The notes beneath the pieces were generated by a model. The model was given only the letters and a program-made list of their open reading frames with translations, was not told the origin of the DNA and did no database searches. A stretch of DNA of 64,000 nucleotides, taken from Clostridia bacterium. GTDB lineage: Bacteria > Bacillota > Clostridia > UBA1212 > DUPL01. Positions 28,329-37,144 of the stretch are shown piece by piece. Numbering within the stretch: the first letter of the stretch is position 1; each line of letters starts with the position of its first letter. Made by a program: the position numbers and the translations under genes. Where the stretch lies: assembly GCA_050951325.1 (NCBI GenBank), contig JBMNIW010000012.1, positions 224,001-288,000 on the forward strand, in the 5' to 3' direction.

Positions 28329-29738
28329 ATCAATCTTTTTAACATACTACCAGAAAGTTTTTTCAAACCTTTAAACAGCAAATACAAATCCATATATGTG
28401 GATTGTCTTATGATTATATACGACACATATCGTTCGGAATTATCTTTTGGTGTCGAAAGAGATGTTCTGGTTTTAAAACTGGAGCAATATTTTGATGATC
28501 AACTTGAATTTGAACAAGTTTTTGAAGAAGATGAAGAAACCGCAGTCAACTCCAAGGAAAAAGCAAACCTGGTGTTGAGAAAACTGAAAGATTGCGGCTG
28601 GATTGAATACGAAACCGCATCTGATTACAAAACCATGGTTAATCTAAAGGACTATGCCTCCACTATGATTGAATCCTTTATTAAAATTACAAGGCAGGAT
28701 GAACTTGAGTATCAAAGCCTTATATCGCAGATTCATGCAACTCTTCTCAACCAGGATGCCTATGTTAAACCCTACGAATATATTATCAAAAGGGTTCATG
28801 AGAATACGGAAGAACTTATTGTCGGCCTGAAAAAGCTAAACACAAATATAAAACAATACATTGAAAAACTGACCAATGACAAACCAGTTAACGAAGTTCT
28901 TGATGATCTTTTCAAATATCAGAACGAAATAGGATCCAAATCTTTTCACAGAATAAAAACCAGCGACCATATCTCAAGATTTAGAATTTCCATAAGAGAA
29001 AACCTAAGCCGAATACTGAATGATGAGAATATCTTCCGAAAAGCAGTTAAAGGCTACATGGAAATTGAAATGGGAGATAAAAAGGATGAGTTGGCTGCTG
29101 AGCAGAATCTAAGACAGATGGTTCTTGGTGTACTTAGAGCTTTTGAAAACTACGATGACATTGTTAAAGAGATAGAGGAAAAACATAAAAAATACTGGCA
29201 GAGTTCGGTGGCCAGGGCAAAATTCCTGATATCCAACACAAACAATGCAGAGGGAAAGATAATTACCATCCTCAAGTACATGGCACAAAAGTTTAACATG
29301 GATGAAGAAACCAACATGTACGATGAAATGGATGAAGAGTTTCATGAGTTGTTCAGGATGTTTCCCCAAAGCTGGCTTGGTCACGAATCAGTGTACACTG
29401 AAAGAATTACAAGGGAAGTGTCACCACCTTCCAAGCTGGCTGCCGGTATTGACTTTTCTGATGAAGAAAGACAAGAGATAAAAAACAGACTCGTGGAAAA
29501 ACAAAAGAACAAGCTGTCAAGAAAGAACATCAATGAATATGTGGCAAAGCTTCTTGAAGACAAGCAGTCTGTAGTCGCCTCAAGCCTTCCTCTTGAGACA
29601 AAAAGGGATTTTATCAAGCTCATTCTTATTTACCTTTACGGGAAAGGACCTGCAGCAAAATACAGATCTGTAGACATGGACAAACGAGTTGTTGTCAACA
29701 AATTTGAATTTAAAGATTTTCTTATTGAAAGGAGATAA
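28329..29738 (+). CDS. jetA: Wadjet JetA (DUF5716-like)
   Basis: First of four coupled genes. The N-terminus xNLFNILPESFFKPLNSKYKSIYVDCL extends 23 codons upstream of the ORF-track GTG to an ATC placed 6 nt after GGGGTGA. LRKLKDCGWI wHTH motif. Confidence 0.82.
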   Translation: MNLFNILPESFFKPLNSKYKSIYVDCLMIIYDTYRSELSFGVERDVLVLKLEQYFDDQLEFEQVFEEDEETAVNSKEKANLVLRKLKDCGWIEYETASDYKTMVNLKDYASTMIESFIKITRQDELEYQSLISQIHATLLNQDAYVKPYEYIIKRVHENTEELIVGLKKLNTNIKQYIEKLTNDKPVNEVLDDLFKYQNEIGSKSFHRIKTSDHISRFRISIRENLSRILNDENIFRKAVKGYMEIEMGDKKDELAAEQNLRQMVLGVLRAFENYDDIVKEIEEKHKKYWQSSVARAKFLISNTNNAEGKIITILKYMAQKFNMDEETNMYDEMDEEFHELFRMFPQSWLGHESVYTERITREVSPPSKLAAGIDFSDEERQEIKNRLVEKQKNKLSRKNINEYVAKLLEDKQSVVASSLPLETKRDFIKLILIYLYGKGPAAKYRSVDMDKRVVVNKFEFKDFLIERR

Positions 29739-29743
29739 ATCAG

Positions 29744-30376
29744 GTGGATATATTCAGCGAAAGCACTGCACAAAAAGAAAAATTCAGAACTTGCGCCAAC
29801 AAGCTTCTAAACAGTTGCTTTATACTCAAACGCAAAGAAGATACCAGGAACGACTATATATACCTTCTGCAGAACAAGGACTATTTTATACAATACTTTG
29901 ATTTGCTGGGATATCAGCTGGACATAAACGAAACATATGGCGTTGTTTCCCTGATAAGTACAAGCGGCACAGGCAGAATCAGACTCAAAAAGAACGAGAG
30001 CATACTCCTTCTCATTTTGAGACTTCTATATATCGAAAAGGCAAAGGAACTGCGCCTTGTTGACGATGTGGTGGCAAGAATAGAAGAGATTCATGAAAAA
30101 TATGACATGCTGAATATTAATTCAAAGCAGAAACTTGACAGAACATCATTAAAAAGCGTTTTTTCCACTTTTAAGAGATACAACCTTATTCAAACGATGG
30201 ACAGGGACATAACCGCATACGATGCAAGGATCATCATATATCCATCGATACTGTTTGCAATTACCCATGACAGCCTTGATGCAATGTACAATGCGGTAAT
30301 GGACAAATTGGATTCATACAACATGAGGGGTGAAGATGAAGATGAGGAAGATGAAGAAGACATTATGCAGGATTAG
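29744..30376 (+). CDS. jetB: Wadjet JetB (DUF4194)
   Basis: ESILLLILRLLY, FKRYNLI and IYPSIL motifs; lies between jetA and the SMC gene. Confidence 0.87.
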   Translation: MDIFSESTAQKEKFRTCANKLLNSCFILKRKEDTRNDYIYLLQNKDYFIQYFDLLGYQLDINETYGVVSLISTSGTGRIRLKKNESILLLILRLLYIEKAKELRLVDDVVARIEEIHEKYDMLNINSKQKLDRTSLKSVFSTFKRYNLIQTMDRDITAYDARIIIYPSILFAITHDSLDAMYNAVMDKLDSYNMRGEDEDEEDEEDIMQD

Positions 30377-33300
30377 ACTAATAAACTGGCATTACTTTGT
30401 GAATGAAACAGTATCGGTAAAAGGATCCTGCCTCATAACCGGAGAGAACACTTCAGGAAAATCTACCATACTGGATGCCCTTCAATTTGTCCTGACTACA
30501 AGTCAGAGAAACTTCAACAAGGCAGCAAATGAAAAAAGCAACAGGGCATTGAAAGGGTATGTAAGATGCAAAACCGGAGACGAAGGATCCATCTATCTAA
30601 GAAAAGGCAATGTAATATCCTACGTTGCTCTGGAGTTCTTTGAAGAAAAGACAAGCAAGTACTTTGTGCTGGGTGCAAAAATTGAATCCCCTGATGAAGA
30701 CAGCAATCTCGATATAAAATGGTTTAGGGAAGAGTGCAGACTTGAAAATTTGTCTTTCATAAACCAAGGCAGTCCTTCAACGGATGAAGAATTTAGGAGA
30801 GGCGACAAAAAAGTGACTTTAATTAGGCAGGCAAAAGAAGCAAGAGCAAGATTTGCCCAAAGGCTTGGAAACCTGGATGACAGGTTTTTTGACATCATCC
30901 CAAAATCCCTGGCATTCAAACCCATAGACAGAGTCAAGGACTTCATAACCAATTTCATACTACCTGAAAGAAACATAGAGGTGGATGCATTAAGAACCCA
31001 GATAGCCACTTTGGATGAACTTGGCAAGCTGATGAAAACAACAAAGACGAAAATTGCCATGCTTGAGGAAATATTGAAAAAGTACGAGGATATTACGGCA
31101 AAAGAAAAAGAAATCAAGATAAATAATTTTATGATAAACAAAGCTCTACTTGAAAGCTATCGTGAAGACGTTTCAAAGCATGAGCGGGATATTGAGATAA
31201 ATACCCAGAAAATCAAAATCGAGGAAGAGAAGAAAAGCAATCTTGAGGAAGAACTTGAAAGAGCACGATCCAGAAAAACAAGCTTGGAAGTTGCTCTTGG
31301 ACAAAATGAAACTACAAGACTTATTAATGAAACCGAACAAACCATAAGAATGCTTGAAAAGGATATTGAATCAGAAAAGAAAAGGCTTGCAAATCTTAAG
31401 AATGCTCTTGAAAAGCTGTACAAGGCTCTGTATGCCCTGGCCAATGAAGGTGTCGTTATTCTCTCAAAAGAGCAGCTTGATGGATTTATTAAACCAAGTG
31501 TAATTGAAGACGATAAAATTCATCAACTGACAATACTGCAAGAAGAGTTTACTAGAATGCTTGAGGACAGCAGAAAGAAAAGATATGAACTGCAGCAACA
31601 GAAAGATACTCTTGAGAAAAAAAGGATTGATTTGCAAAAGGAGATCGAAAAGCTGGAAAACAAAAAGCTTACATTTCCTGAAAACACCGAAAGACTTATG
31701 GCGGAAATCGAAAAAGAGTTTACTCATCTTGGAATTGATGCAGAGGTCAGAGTCTTTTCTGATTTGCTGGAGATAACGGACCACTCCTGGCAGAATGCAG
31801 TAGAGGGCTACCTAAACACCCAGCGTTTTTACATCATTGTGGAGCCAAAATACTACCAAACAGCCCTGCATGTATATTACCGGGTAAGGAACAAAGTGCA
31901 CACAGTTGGACTTGTTAATACACAAAAGCTGGATACCAATGTTGAAGTGGATGTTGATTCCCTTGCATATGTGGTAGAAAGCAAAAATAGATACGCCAGA
32001 GCGTATGCCAATTATCTGTTAAACAGGGTAAAGCGCTGCAAGAATGTGGATGAACTTAAGAATCACACTCTGGCAATAACAAAGGAATGCATGCTGTACA
32101 CAAATTATGCAGTCAGGAAGATAGATCCGAAGATATATGAAACTCCATATATAGGTGCACACGCTATTGAAGTGCAGCTAAGGAGTAAAAAAGGAGAGCT
32201 GGACAAGGTATTAAAGGATTTGGATCAATGCAAAACCGAACTGCAAAAGACAGAAGATCTAATATCCAAGTTGGAAGCTGTAAGTTTTGAAACTATAAAA
32301 GAGAATTTTAATGCTCCTTCCATGCTTGCACTCCATGAGGAAAATCTCAAAAAAGAAAAAGCAGAGCTTGAAAAAGCAAAGAGCGATCCTTCATACATGG
32401 AAATCCAGATGCAGATGAATGAAGCAGAAAAAGAAATAAATAGCCTAAAAGAAAAGGTAAACAATAGCATTAGTTTGATTAGTGATATTCAGTTTAATAT
32501 TAGGGTTGCAAATCAAACCATTTTGGACACCAAACTAAAAATCAAAGCGCAGGAAGAAATCCTTGAGCGAATGTATGAAGAGGATGCAACATCTGCAAAT
32601 GAAGGGCTTGCAAAATACAATGAGCAGAGAAAAACAAAAAGCAATGAAATAATTGTGCAAAACTTCTCGCCAATGAAAGTTGGTCTTGAAAATGCAAGGA
32701 ATCGTTTTGTTAAAGAGTTGATGGAACTGCAGACGGAATACAAAAATGCTCATCAGATTGATCTTGGCATTGGAGTTGAGCAGATAAATGAATATATAAA
32801 CGAGCATCACAAGCTGAGATCATCTGAAATAGTGAAATATGAGGAGGAACTTAGAGAGGCAAAAGAAAAGTGCGAGCTGGAATTTCGGGAAAACTTCCTT
32901 GCCCGCCTGCGAGAGAATATTGAAAATGCAAGAATAGAATTCAAGAATCTCAACTATGCTCTTAAGGATATTTACTATGGAGAAGACAGCTATAGATTTG
33001 TTCTTGAACCGAGCAAGGAGAAGAAACATATATACGATATGATAATGTCTGATCACAATATTGCAGGACATAATCTGTTTTCTTTGAGTTTTGAGGAGCA
33101 ATACAAGGAAGAAATGGAAGACCTTTTTACAAAACTGATTGTATCCGATGACATGGGAGACAAAGTCGTTAAAGAGTATACGGATTACAGAAATTATCTG
33201 AATTATGACATAGAAGTGGTAAAGAAAGACGGAAGCAAGCAAAAGTTTTCAAAGATATATGGGGAGAAAAGTGGAGGCGAAACCCAGACCCCATATTACG

Positions 33301-33560
33301 TTGCAATTGCTGCATCCTTTGCCCAGCTGTACAATCATGGCGACACTACCCGGATCCTACTGTTTGATGAAGCTTTTGACAAGATGGATGACAATAGAAT
33401 AAGTTCAATGATGGACTTTTTAAACAGTCAGGACTTCCAGATAATATTGGCTACACCAACCAACAAGATGGATGTCATTGGGGAAAAGGTTAAGAGCATT
33501 CTGCTTGTTTACAGAGAAGGACACAACAGCATCATACAGGAGTTTGAAGAAAATGAGTAA
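30351..33560 (+). CDS. jetC: Wadjet JetC, SMC-like ATPase
   Basis: RLINWHYF, Walker A GENTSGKST, FNKAA, long coiled coils with hinge, KSGGETQ signature, Walker B LFDEAF. Confidence 0.92.
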   Translation: MKKTLCRIRLINWHYFVNETVSVKGSCLITGENTSGKSTILDALQFVLTTSQRNFNKAANEKSNRALKGYVRCKTGDEGSIYLRKGNVISYVALEFFEEKTSKYFVLGAKIESPDEDSNLDIKWFREECRLENLSFINQGSPSTDEEFRRGDKKVTLIRQAKEARARFAQRLGNLDDRFFDIIPKSLAFKPIDRVKDFITNFILPERNIEVDALRTQIATLDELGKLMKTTKTKIAMLEEILKKYEDITAKEKEIKINNFMINKALLESYREDVSKHERDIEINTQKIKIEEEKKSNLEEELERARSRKTSLEVALGQNETTRLINETEQTIRMLEKDIESEKKRLANLKNALEKLYKALYALANEGVVILSKEQLDGFIKPSVIEDDKIHQLTILQEEFTRMLEDSRKKRYELQQQKDTLEKKRIDLQKEIEKLENKKLTFPENTERLMAEIEKEFTHLGIDAEVRVFSDLLEITDHSWQNAVEGYLNTQRFYIIVEPKYYQTALHVYYRVRNKVHTVGLVNTQKLDTNVEVDVDSLAYVVESKNRYARAYANYLLNRVKRCKNVDELKNHTLAITKECMLYTNYAVRKIDPKIYETPYIGAHAIEVQLRSKKGELDKVLKDLDQCKTELQKTEDLISKLEAVSFETIKENFNAPSMLALHEENLKKEKAELEKAKSDPSYMEIQMQMNEAEKEINSLKEKVNNSISLISDIQFNIRVANQTILDTKLKIKAQEEILERMYEEDATSANEGLAKYNEQRKTKSNEIIVQNFSPMKVGLENARNRFVKELMELQTEYKNAHQIDLGIGVEQINEYINEHHKLRSSEIVKYEEELREAKEKCELEFRENFLARLRENIENARIEFKNLNYALKDIYYGEDSYRFVLEPSKEKKHIYDMIMSDHNIAGHNLFSLSFEEQYKEEMEDLFTKLIVSDDMGDKVVKEYTDYRNYLNYDIEVVKKDGSKQKFSKIYGEKSGGETQTPYYVAIAASFAQLYNHGDTTRILLFDEAFDKMDDNRISSMMDFLNSQDFQIILATPTNKMDVIGEKVKSILLVYREGHNSIIQEFEENE

Positions 33561-34719
33561 TGAGAAGAAAATCCTGAATCATTTAATTGACAAGTATGAA
33601 AACAGCAAAAGCTTTACCAATACCAACAAGGTAAACCAGCGCTTTCGTGTCAAAATAACCCGGCTGTTTCCAAAATATGCGGATCAGTCTGACTATGAAA
33701 CCTTCAGCAGTATCAACGAAAGCATATCTTTTCTTGAAAGAAAAGGGTATGTCAAAGCAGAAATAAAGCGTGCTAATGTTTGTGAATCGGTCTGTCTGAA
33801 CACAGACATGCTTGATGAGGTTTATGAGTATTTGGGAAGGATACCAAAAAAGGATATAAATAATGAGCTTCTTTTGCTTCTTGAAAAGTACAAGAACAAG
33901 AATGAAGTGCTTGCAAATTTCTGTACCGAGCAAATCGAAAGAATCAAAGACAACAGGAATGTGCAGTTTTTCTCAAATGATATTGGGGAGTTTGAAAATG
34001 TCTTGAAAGCTGTATATGCCCTCTATATGGTGGAAAAGGAAACGTATTTAAGGGACTTTTCCATTCAGGTGTTCCGAGACTCAAAAACCTTTGAGCAAAT
34101 ATCTTCAAAAGTCACCAGTTTGCTTTTTGATTACGGGGATTTTCCAGAAAGGGAAAGTATTCTGGAGAGCTTGAATATTGTAAAGAACCCTACATATGTT
34201 AACTTCAAAGGACAAGGAGTTGTTACAATAAACGGGCAGACAATTGATTTTTCAAAGCTTGACGGAGATATTGCCATCTCCTCACCCCTCATAGATTCCA
34301 TAGAGGATGTGAAGGTAACCGGAAAAGGCGTAATGACTATTGAAAACTTAACAAGTTTCAATACCTTTGATGACAAGTCTTTCTTTGTCATCTATCTTGG
34401 AGGCTTTCACAACACTACAAGGCGCAACTTTATAAAACTGATACACAAAAACAATCCAGATACATCCTTCTATCACTTTGGAGATATAGACGCAGGCGGC
34501 TTTTATATCCTCTCCCATCTCAGGCGCATGACAAACATACTTTTCATACCGTATAAAATGGACAAGCACACGCTCATAAAATATGCGGAGTTTACAAAGA
34601 AGTTGACTCAAAACGATAAAGAGAGACTCAAAAGGATTAATGAGCCGGATTTTAAGGAGACAATAGAATACATGCTTGAAAACAATTGCAAACTTGAGCA
34701 GGAGGCAGTGAAAGATTAA
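33553..34719 (+). CDS. jetD: Wadjet JetD, Toprim nuclease (DUF3322/DUF2220-like)
   Basis: TIENLTSF, YLGGF, HFGDIDAGG and C-terminal KLEQE motifs. Confidence 0.92.
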   Translation: MSNEKKILNHLIDKYENSKSFTNTNKVNQRFRVKITRLFPKYADQSDYETFSSINESISFLERKGYVKAEIKRANVCESVCLNTDMLDEVYEYLGRIPKKDINNELLLLLEKYKNKNEVLANFCTEQIERIKDNRNVQFFSNDIGEFENVLKAVYALYMVEKETYLRDFSIQVFRDSKTFEQISSKVTSLLFDYGDFPERESILESLNIVKNPTYVNFKGQGVVTINGQTIDFSKLDGDIAISSPLIDSIEDVKVTGKGVMTIENLTSFNTFDDKSFFVIYLGGFHNTTRRNFIKLIHKNNPDTSFYHFGDIDAGGFYILSHLRRMTNILFIPYKMDKHTLIKYAEFTKKLTQNDKERLKRINEPDFKETIEYMLENNCKLEQEAVKD

Positions 34720-34775
34720 CAGTTAATCTTTTTTTACATATTTATATACTAAAACGGTTGAAAGAAGGTGTTAAT

Positions 34776-34970
34776 TTGTTTTTTACAGCCCTCATTCCCG
34801 TTTGCACGGTTCCTACCGCAACTCCCACTCCAACCAGTGGTGAGTCAAATGAGATGCTTGTTTTTGCAATATTGCTTGTAGTGTTTTTCCTCCTTGGCTT
34901 TGCGCTGGGATATGCATTCAAATACAAAACGGGTTGTAGAAAGAAGAGGAAATACAACTATATGACATAG
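34776..34970 (+). CDS. Small single-pass membrane protein with PT-rich segment
   Basis: GAAGGTG RBS then TTG; PTATPTPT, TM helix, basic tail; followed by hairpin 34975-34995. Confidence 0.5.
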   Translation: MFFTALIPVCTVPTATPTPTSGESNEMLVFAILLVVFFLLGFALGYAFKYKTGCRKKRKYNYMT

Positions 34971-35059
34971 ATTCAGTCCCGCTTAATGCGGGACTTCATA
35001 TTGTCCAATCACGGGCATGATTTTCAATTCATATACTGTGGTGAGAGTATATTAAACAG

Positions 35060-35656
35060 GTGACGCAGATGAGAAGAGCATTTTGCCTGTGCTTGGGATT
35101 CCTATGCATATTCATACTGGCAACACCAAAGGTTGTGGAGTTTAAAAACTATTATACCGGCGATGCAGCACAGCTCTATTCTCCACCACCAGGTTGTGTC
35201 CTTTACATAATACCGGATATCAGCAATACAGGCACCATAACAGAAAGAATTGGAGGAAGGAACGAAACCACCATCAGTATAGTTATAGGTGAAGATAATA
35301 AAATATCATGGAACAGCAACTTTCCTGTCCGGGCAATCATAGTCCAGAGTACAAAAGGGTACTATCTGTACGAATACAACCAGGCAACCCTGAACGGAGA
35401 GTTTGTTCCTTCTGACGTCGATGATCTGAAATATGTTGCCGTTGTGTACGGAGAACCCGAGAGCACTCTGGGTGAAACCCTGGCACCAACTGGAAGTACA
35501 CAAACGCCAGGCACATCGGTTGTTCCTTCGCCGACTGACGACATACCGATTACTGCAGATAGCAGAATTGGTTTTATTTACACAGGGGTTATTCTTTTGC
35601 TCGGTGCAACGATTTGCGCTGCGGTTCTAGGATTTGTGAAAAACAGGACGAAATAG
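35060..35656 (+). CDS. Secreted/surface protein with sortase-like sorting signal
   Basis: Signal peptide, P/T/S linker, IPITAD, TM helix, KNRTK tail. Confidence 0.6.
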   Translation: MTQMRRAFCLCLGFLCIFILATPKVVEFKNYYTGDAAQLYSPPPGCVLYIIPDISNTGTITERIGGRNETTISIVIGEDNKISWNSNFPVRAIIVQSTKGYYLYEYNQATLNGEFVPSDVDDLKYVAVVYGEPESTLGETLAPTGSTQTPGTSVVPSPTDDIPITADSRIGFIYTGVILLLGATICAAVLGFVKNRTK

Positions 35657-35764
35657 CACCTTCCTAACACAAGGAATTATGTATTTCTTGACATGCATGG
35701 ATGAATTGTGTTTAAATAAAGATGTCTAGCCTTACAAATTTAATTTTATTAGGGAGGAAATACT

Positions 35765-36394
35765 ATGGAAAAACAAGTACTGCTTCAAGCAGAAGAGCGT
35801 ACTGAATTGAAAACTAGAGCAAGCAAGAGATTGAGAAAAGAAGGTTTTGTGCCTGCGATCATATACGGAAAGAATATTGACTCAGTACCCATAAAGGTAA
35901 GGAGTGACGAACTTAGAAGAGTTGTTAAAGAGCATGGCAGAAACGCAATTATTACAATTCAACTTAATGGAGACAAGTCCTACAATGCAATTATCAAGAA
36001 TATCTTCTTCGAAAAAATGAAGAACGATCTTCAACATGTAGACTTTCAACATGTTTCCATGGACGAGGAAATCAAAGCCGTTGCCCCAATCAGAATAGTT
36101 GGAAGAGAAGCACTTGAATCAAGAAGACTTGTATTGATTAGACAAATTGATGAAGTTAAAATCGTAGGTCTTCCACAAGATATTCCAGAGCATGTGGAAA
36201 TTGATGTATCTGATATGGAAGCAGGAGATACTGTCACCATCGGGGATATAAAGTATCCGGATGGAATTACTCCTGACGAAGATACTGACGGTGTCGTTCT
36301 TACTGTCAGCGAACCTAAGGAAGAAGCTGAAAGCACAGACGATGAGGTCAAGGAACCCGAATTGGTTGACAAAGAAGATGGAGAAGATGAATAA
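35765..36394 (+). CDS. rplY: 50S ribosomal protein L25 / Ctc
   Basis: SKRLRKEGFVPAIIYG, HVDF and IPEHVEIDVSDM motifs. Confidence 0.95.
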   Translation: MEKQVLLQAEERTELKTRASKRLRKEGFVPAIIYGKNIDSVPIKVRSDELRRVVKEHGRNAIITIQLNGDKSYNAIIKNIFFEKMKNDLQHVDFQHVSMDEEIKAVAPIRIVGREALESRRLVLIRQIDEVKIVGLPQDIPEHVEIDVSDMEAGDTVTIGDIKYPDGITPDEDTDGVVLTVSEPKEEAESTDDEVKEPELVDKEDGEDE

Positions 36395-37103
36395 CAAAAG
36401 GGATTTTCTTGCCGAAATCATTAAAGATAGCGATAATATTGTTTTCTTCGGAGGTGCTGGTGTTTCCACTAAAAGTGGAATACCAGACTTCAGAAGTGCC
36501 GATGGTTTGTTTTCTTCAAAATACAAATATCCACCTGAAGTAATGTTGTCGCATACCTTTTTCATGAATCATACAGAAGACTTTTACCACTTTTACAGAG
36601 AAAAAATGATTTATCGCGACGCCAGACCGAACAAAGCTCATATAAAGCTGGCAGAGCTTGAGCAGGAAGGAAAGCTGAAAGCTGTAGTTACGCAAAACAT
36701 AGACGGTCTTCACCAGCTGGCAGGAAGCAAAAACGTGCTTGAGCTGCACGGTTCCGTTCATAGGAATTACTGCATGAAATGTAGAAAGAGATACTCGCTT
36801 GATTATATTCTCGATACACAAGGCATTCCAAGATGCGAATGCAAGGGCATAATAAAGCCGGATGTGGTTCTTTATGAGGAAAGCCTTGATAATCATGTTT
36901 TGTTCAAATCAATCAGTTATATTAGCAACGCCGACGTACTTATTGTAGGCGGAACCTCTCTGAATGTATATCCTGCTGCCGGTTTGGTGGATTATTATAA
37001 TGGTGACAAACTCGTACTTATAAACAAATCAGAAACTCCAATGGATTATAAAGCAAACCTTATCATACACGACAGTATTGATGAAGTTTTAGGTGACATT
37101 TGA
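36387..37103 (+). CDS. cobB: NAD-dependent protein deacylase (sirtuin)
   Basis: GAGVSTKSGIPDFR, TQNIDGLH, LHGS, CxxC...CxC and GTSL motifs. Confidence 0.93.
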   Translation: MNNKRDFLAEIIKDSDNIVFFGGAGVSTKSGIPDFRSADGLFSSKYKYPPEVMLSHTFFMNHTEDFYHFYREKMIYRDARPNKAHIKLAELEQEGKLKAVVTQNIDGLHQLAGSKNVLELHGSVHRNYCMKCRKRYSLDYILDTQGIPRCECKGIIKPDVVLYEESLDNHVLFKSISYISNADVLIVGGTSLNVYPAAGLVDYYNGDKLVLINKSETPMDYKANLIIHDSIDEVLGDI

Positions 37104-37138
37104 CCTCCCGTTTGCTACAATGTAAAAAAACGGGAGGT
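37093..37138 (+). promoter_or_regulatory. sigmaA promoter nested in an RBS-occluding inverted repeat
   Basis: GTGACA(37093)-17 bp-TACAAT(37116); ACCTCCCGTTT (37103-37113) / AAACGGGAGGT (37128-37138). Confidence 0.65.
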
Positions 37139-37144
37139 ATTATT

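Noticed and set aside
30620-33242. Several 70-170 aa minus-strand ORFs inside jetC, and similar ones across the window
   Set aside because: S/F/L-rich antisense shadows of K/E-rich coding sequence, with no RBS or recognisable motifs.
36387-37103. Sirtuin as an anti-phage SIR2 effector (Thoeris, DSR or Sir2-HerA) near Wadjet
   Set aside because: Short CobB-type deacylase with a Zn-binding module, coupled to rplY, with no defence partner gene.
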